This document shows positions 59,122 through 64,000 of a DNA stretch of 64,000 nucleotides, one piece after another. The DNA is taken from IMG/VR virus record IMGVR_UViG_3300037067_013436; one strand, given 5' to 3'. Within the stretch, counting starts at the first letter, position 1. Each line of letters begins with the position of its first letter. This DNA is from an uncultured virus (IMG/VR IMGVR_UViG_3300037067_013436). Lineage: Duplodnaviria; Heunggongvirae; Uroviricota; Caudoviricetes. Below the pieces are notes generated by a model. The model saw nothing but the letters and a program-made list of their open reading frames with translations. It did no database searches and had not been told where the DNA came from. Made by a program: the position numbers and the translations under genes.

Positions 59122-62100
59122 ATGGATTTCGTAAAATTTCAAAGCATCAAGTTATCAGATGCACCCGCCCAGGGCGATAATCCACCTCCGGGGGTAGTCT
59201 ACGAATGGGCTACTGTTGTCGGAACTGATGTTTTGACCCATTATCGTCATTCTGATGGAACCGATGTTATAGAGAGTGTCGACGGAGCTACCGGTGCGAC
59301 TGGGGCTGACGGTGCTTCTGGATTAACTGGTGCGACTGGAATCGGTGGGGCTACTGGTATAACGGGATCTTCAGGGGCAGAGGGGGCCACAGGTTTAACC
59401 GGTGCTACTGGTATAGGTGCTTCAGGTGCTACTGGGGCTGATGGAGCCACGGGCTTAACTGGTGCTACCGGTGCTGGTATCGATGGAGCCACTGGTCTTT
59501 CTGGTGCTAGCGGTGCTACTGGTATAGGTGCATCGGGAGCTACTGGGGCTGACGGAGCCACAGGCCCGCAGGGTGCTACCGGCGTTGGGATTGACGGTGC
59601 TACCGGTATCGACGGTGCCTCTGGAGCTACCGGAGCAGACGGAGCCACTGGCTTAATCGGTGCCACAGGCTTAACCGGTGCCACAGGTCTTGGTGCTTCT
59701 GGTGCAACTGGGTCCGCTGGTGTCGATGGTGCTACCGGTATCAACGGTGCCTCTGGAGCCACTGGGACTCAGGGTGCTTCTGGTGCCATCGGAGCAACGG
59801 GAGCTGGTATCGACGGGGCTACTGGTGTCGACGGGGCATCTGGAGCCACCGGTGCCGATGGTGCAACGGGATTAACAGGAGCCACCGGAGCTGGTATAGA
59901 CGGGGCCACAGGTGTAGACGGGGCCTCTGGGGCTACAGGAACAGACGGAGCATCGGGAGCGACTGGTACCCAGGGTGCATCCGGGGCTATCGGAGCCACT
60001 GGTGTTGGGATCGACGGCGCTACAGGCCCACAGGGTATTGATGGGGCTTCAGGTGCCACAGGCGTCCAAGGTGCTAGCGGTGCTATCGGAGCCACTGGTG
60101 TTGGGATCGATGGTTCTACTGGCGTCGATGGGGCGTCTGGTGCTACAGGAGTAGACGGAGCATCAGGTGCCACAGGTACACAAGGAGCTTCAGGTACTGC
60201 CGGTGCTACTGGCACTGGTCTTGATGGTGCATCTGGTGCCACAGGTATACAGGGAGCTTCAGGCCCTCAAGGCGAAACTGGTGGAGCATCTGGTCCTGCT
60301 GGTTCTACTGGTCCTGTCGGCGTTGACGGTGCTTCTGGTACTGTTGGAGCGACAGGTGCTACTGGTGCTGGTATTGATGGTGCATCCGGCCCACAAGGTA
60401 TCGATGGAGCTTCAGGTGCAACCGGTGTACAAGGAGCTTCTGGTACTGCTGGTGCGACTGGTGCTGGTGTCGACGGTGCTTCTGGAATTGCAGGGTCAAC
60501 CGGTCTTGATGGTGCATCTGGTGCTACAGGCCCACAAGGTGAAACTGGTGGAGCATCTGGTCCTTCAGGTGCCACTGGTGCTACCGGTTCAGAGGGTGTT
60601 TCTGGTGCAACAGGTACAGTAGGTGCGTCAGGCCCTGGTACTGCAGATGGTGCCTATAATTCCGGCACAACGACTGCTACTGGCCAGATGACATCGATGA
60701 CAGAACCAGCACCTTATGAGGTGATTGTTAGCTCTACTGGTATCATCTATAAGGAAATAGACAACGATTATTTATATGGTTGGTATGCTTTCGACCAGAT
60801 AACGCGATCGATTGGTTGGGGTGTTTGTATTGGTGGTTCCGGATACACACCAGGCGATCCGTTCGAAACAGCGATGTGGGTGATATACGACTTTAGTGAT
60901 GGACAGAAGAAAGTCATTAACAAGTATGCATTCTATGCAAGAATACTCAATACAGCATTGCCACGCGATTGGACGTTATCAGGTTCCAATGATAATTCAA
61001 ATTGGACGGTGCTTGATGCGAGAACGGGAGTTGAACCACCTGGCTCGACAGTAACATGGTCTGATTACTTCACATTCTATAACAGTGTAGCCTATCGCTA
61101 CTACAAGATCGACGTAACCAAATGTACATATCCATACTATCATCAATATAACAGTGTGCCATATTGGTTTGCGGAAATCGGCCAGCTAAAACTTGTCGAA
61201 TATCCGATGGTTTATGGTGCGACTGGATATACCGGCGCGACTGGATACACCGGTGCTACTGGTATTCAAGGTGAAACTGGCGGAGCATCTGGTCCTTCAG
61301 GTGCCACAGGTGCTACAGGCATTGGAGCCACAGGCCCACAAGGTGCCACTGGTGCTGGTGTCACTGGAGCTACTGGCCCAACGGGTGCTACAGGTATCCA
61401 AGGTGAAACAGGTGGAGCATCTGGACCTGAAGGTCCCACAGGAGCATCTGGAGTTCAAGGCGCAACAGGTATCCGTGGCGCTTCAGGTGCTTCAGGCGCA
61501 ACAGGACCTGAAGGACAAATCGGTGCTACAGGCATTCAGGGCGAGACTGGCGGTGCATCTGGGCCTTCTGGAGCTTCGGGTGCTTCAGGGGCAACGGGTG
61601 TTCAAGGTGCTTCAGGATCTATTGGCGCTACCGGTCTCGGTGCTTCTGGGGCTACTGGACTTACTGGTGCCACCGGCGTACAAGGCCAGACAGGTACCGG
61701 TGTTAATGGTGCAACAGGATCAACAGGACCTGTTGGGGCAACTGGTGAAACAGGCTCTACAGGTCCGCAAGGAGAAACAGGCGGAGCATCAGGCCCTGTC
61801 GGTGCTTCGGGACCGCAAGGTGAAACCGGAGCTACCGGTCCTGTCGGTTTAAATGGTGCTTCTGGATCGACTGGTCCTGTTGGTGCTTCGGGTGCTACTG
61901 GCCTCACTGGTGCTAGTGGTGTCGGCTTAACTGGTGCGACAGGACCAGGTGCTACTGGCCTTACCGGCGCAACAGGTGTAACAGGCTCATCAGGCCCGCA
62001 AGGTGAAACTGGTGGAGCATCAGGACCTGCTGGAGCATCTGGAGCTACCGGCACTTCCGGTTTATCTGGTGCGACCGGTTCTACAGGCATTCAAGGTGCA

Positions 62101-63474
62101 ACAGGCATCCGTGGAGCATCTGGTGTTGGTGCCACTGGAGCAACTGGTGTTGCTGGGGCCACAGGCCCCAGCCAAGGGCCTGTTGGTGCCACCGGTTACA
62201 CTGGCCCGACAGGATCAACAGGTCCTGCTGGTGCCACAGGCATCAGAGGAGCAAGTGGTGCTTCTGGTACAGACGGTGCTACCGGTTATACTGGTGCTAC
62301 AGGTATTCAAGGTGAGACTGGTGGAGCATCTGGTCCGCAAGGCGTTGATGGTGCCACAGGCCCTCAAGGCGAAACTGGTGGAGCATCTGGTCCTGCTGGT
62401 TCTACTGGTATTTCTGGTGCGACTGGTGCAACAGGTCTCTCCGGCTCGGCTGGTGCGACAGGCTCGACAGGACCGCAGGGCGTACAGGGTGCATCTGGAG
62501 TACAAGGAGAACAGGGTGCTTCTGGCGTTCAAGGTGCTTCTGGTGATCTTGGTTTAACTGGTTCCACAGGCCCAGAAGGTGCTACTGGAATTGGTGCCAC
62601 CGGAATGGTTGGTGCCACTGGTGCTTCTGGTGCAACCGGTCCAGAAGGATCGACGGGTCCGGTCGGAGCGTCTGGCCCGCAAGGCGAGACTGGCGGTGCG
62701 TCTGGCCCAGTTGGAGCTACAGGCCCGCAAGGTGAAACTGGCGGTGCATCTGGTCCAGTTGGTTCAACTGGCCCGCAAGGTGAAACTGGTGGTGCTTCTG
62801 GTCCAGTTGGTTCAACTGGTGCTACTGGCATCGAAGGAGCAACAGGCGTAGCTGGTGCGACCGGTATTGACGGTGCTAGCGGTGCTTCTGGTGCCACAGG
62901 CGTTCAAGGTGCTTCGGGATTAACTGGTGCAACAGGATCTGTAGGATTGACAGGAGCTACCGGAAGCACCGGTATTAGAGGAGCAAGTGGTGCATCAGTA
63001 ACAGGTGCATCTGGTGCATCTGGTGCAACAGGATTCATCGGTGCAACTGGTGTTGTCGGCTTATCAGGAGCAACAGGATCGACCGGCCCACAAGGTGCGA
63101 CAGGAGCAGGCTTAACCGGGTCTACCGGAATTGAAGGTGCTACCGGCGCGACTGGATTAGCTATCGATGGTGCTACTGGTTATACTGGCGCTACTGGATA
63201 TACCGGTGCAACTGGAATTCAAGGTGACACAGGCGGTGCATCTGGTCCAGTTGGTCCAACTGGCTCCACTGGCCCTGGAGGCGGTGATCCTGGTGCGACT
63301 GGACCCGCTGGAATCGATGGAGCATCTGGACTTGATGGAGCATCTGGGACAGCTGGAGCATCGGGTATAGCTGGAGCAACAGGACCGTCGACACTCCCAG
63401 AAACACCAGTCACAGATGGTGACTATATATTAAGAGTGACTGACGGCGTTGCGGCTTGGATGATTCCGACCTAA
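59122..63474 (+). CDS. Collagen-like fibre protein (1450 aa) with a central discoidin (F5/8C)-like domain
   Basis: Two long G-X-Y runs interrupted by a discoidin-like domain at ~60650-61210. Confidence 0.8.
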   Translation: MDFVKFQSIKLSDAPAQGDNPPPGVVYEWATVVGTDVLTHYRHSDGTDVIESVDGATGATGADGASGLTGATGIGGATGITGSSGAEGATGLTGATGIGASGATGADGATGLTGATGAGIDGATGLSGASGATGIGASGATGADGATGPQGATGVGIDGATGIDGASGATGADGATGLIGATGLTGATGLGASGATGSAGVDGATGINGASGATGTQGASGAIGATGAGIDGATGVDGASGATGADGATGLTGATGAGIDGATGVDGASGATGTDGASGATGTQGASGAIGATGVGIDGATGPQGIDGASGATGVQGASGAIGATGVGIDGSTGVDGASGATGVDGASGATGTQGASGTAGATGTGLDGASGATGIQGASGPQGETGGASGPAGSTGPVGVDGASGTVGATGATGAGIDGASGPQGIDGASGATGVQGASGTAGATGAGVDGASGIAGSTGLDGASGATGPQGETGGASGPSGATGATGSEGVSGATGTVGASGPGTADGAYNSGTTTATGQMTSMTEPAPYEVIVSSTGIIYKEIDNDYLYGWYAFDQITRSIGWGVCIGGSGYTPGDPFETAMWVIYDFSDGQKKVINKYAFYARILNTALPRDWTLSGSNDNSNWTVLDARTGVEPPGSTVTWSDYFTFYNSVAYRYYKIDVTKCTYPYYHQYNSVPYWFAEIGQLKLVEYPMVYGATGYTGATGYTGATGIQGETGGASGPSGATGATGIGATGPQGATGAGVTGATGPTGATGIQGETGGASGPEGPTGASGVQGATGIRGASGASGATGPEGQIGATGIQGETGGASGPSGASGASGATGVQGASGSIGATGLGASGATGLTGATGVQGQTGTGVNGATGSTGPVGATGETGSTGPQGETGGASGPVGASGPQGETGATGPVGLNGASGSTGPVGASGATGLTGASGVGLTGATGPGATGLTGATGVTGSSGPQGETGGASGPAGASGATGTSGLSGATGSTGIQGATGIRGASGVGATGATGVAGATGPSQGPVGATGYTGPTGSTGPAGATGIRGASGASGTDGATGYTGATGIQGETGGASGPQGVDGATGPQGETGGASGPAGSTGISGATGATGLSGSAGATGSTGPQGVQGASGVQGEQGASGVQGASGDLGLTGSTGPEGATGIGATGMVGATGASGATGPEGSTGPVGASGPQGETGGASGPVGATGPQGETGGASGPVGSTGPQGETGGASGPVGSTGATGIEGATGVAGATGIDGASGASGATGVQGASGLTGATGSVGLTGATGSTGIRGASGASVTGASGASGATGFIGATGVVGLSGATGSTGPQGATGAGLTGSTGIEGATGATGLAIDGATGYTGATGYTGATGIQGDTGGASGPVGPTGSTGPGGGDPGATGPAGIDGASGLDGASGTAGASGIAGATGPSTLPETPVTDGDYILRVTDGVAAWMIPT

Positions 63475-64000
63475 GAAACAAGAGCACGTTCGATTTCTTT
63501 TGATGCATTCTCTAATCCGCCGTCAAAGCGGATCAAACGTGCACCTTTCTTCATGTTCGCAGTAATCTGCGATTGGAACGAATGAGAGATGAACTTCTTC
63601 CACATAATGATAATGTCTGCGGAAGAATCGAACCGGCTGCGGTTCTTGTCAATGACGTCGACCCTGATCCTGCCCCTCAGAGAGTCGACAACGATTGCGA
63701 TTTGATCGGCCTTAAAACCGACGAACGCAACCTGAGGAAGCTTGGCAGGGGCCGCAGCCTTTTCTTGTTGTTGTCGGCGTAACTTCTCTGTCGGCAACTC
63801 TGCGAGTAGCCGGGACAACATCGTCAGATTCTCTTCTAATAGCTTAGAATGCTGCGTAGTGTGCGAAATCACTCGCATGAAAGCTTGGGCGATGATGGCA
63901 TCTGGCGAAATGCAGTCAAGGATCGTCTGCTCAGAGAAGCGAGAGCAGAGATCATATGGCGACAGATTATCGATGACCTTGGTCGTCAGATGTTGAATCT
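63471..64000 (-). CDS. Partial hypothetical protein (5' end outside window), C-terminus DUF2325-like
   Basis: Frame is open from the window edge; [13 protein letters not shown]...GG motif. Confidence 0.5.
   Translation of the reverse strand, partial: IQHLTTKVIDNLSPYDLCSRFSEQTILDCISPDAIIAQAFMRVISHTTQHSKLLEENLTMLSRLLAELPTEKLRRQQQEKAAAPAKLPQVAFVGFKADQIAIVVDSLRGRIRVDVIDKNRSRFDSSADIIIMWKKFISHSFQSQITANMKKGARLIRFDGGLENASKEIERALVS

Noticed and set aside
51760..63413. Many Pro/Val/Ala-rich antisense and Leu/Val/Gln-rich off-frame ORFs
   Set aside because: Shadows of the G-X-Y codon repeats in the collagen-like genes.
1..64000. Stop-codon reassignment (alternative genetic code)
   Set aside because: Long ORFs are intact under code 11, coding density is high, and TAA, TAG and TGA all end genes at plausible boundaries.

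Overview
The window looks like a 64-kb piece of a large (jumbo-type) contractile-tailed phage genome. It has no rRNA, CRISPR or housekeeping operons, and several weak hints point to a Planctomycetota host. Left third: a minus-strand structural/receptor-binding block with three paralogous repeat beta-propeller proteins and a head-to-tail array of nine ~340-aa 'MALLWIDGFEGYG' paralogs. It is followed by an HNH endonuclease and two glycosyltransferases (GT10-like, GT31-like). Middle: virion-type genes (tail-collar-like protein, DUF3008-like peptide, Ser/Pro-rich FG-GAP-like adhesin, 2076-aa baseplate wedge-like protein). Next comes a run of small 'early-type' genes (class II aldolase-like, minimal ligase-type nucleotidyltransferase, KdsB). 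Right third: four collagen-like G-X-T/S fibre genes that share modules. Most notable unannotated signals: (i) a ~148-nt miniature tmRNA-like RNA at 38607-38754 (-); (ii) a perfect 23-bp inverted repeat forming mirror-image promoter+RBS units at 43309-43394; (iii) a recurring CAAANWTA motif before many genes; (iv) a possible modular lectin-array/docking-peptide system and a possible virion glycosylation system. All family calls are from motif recognition by eye, not database searches.
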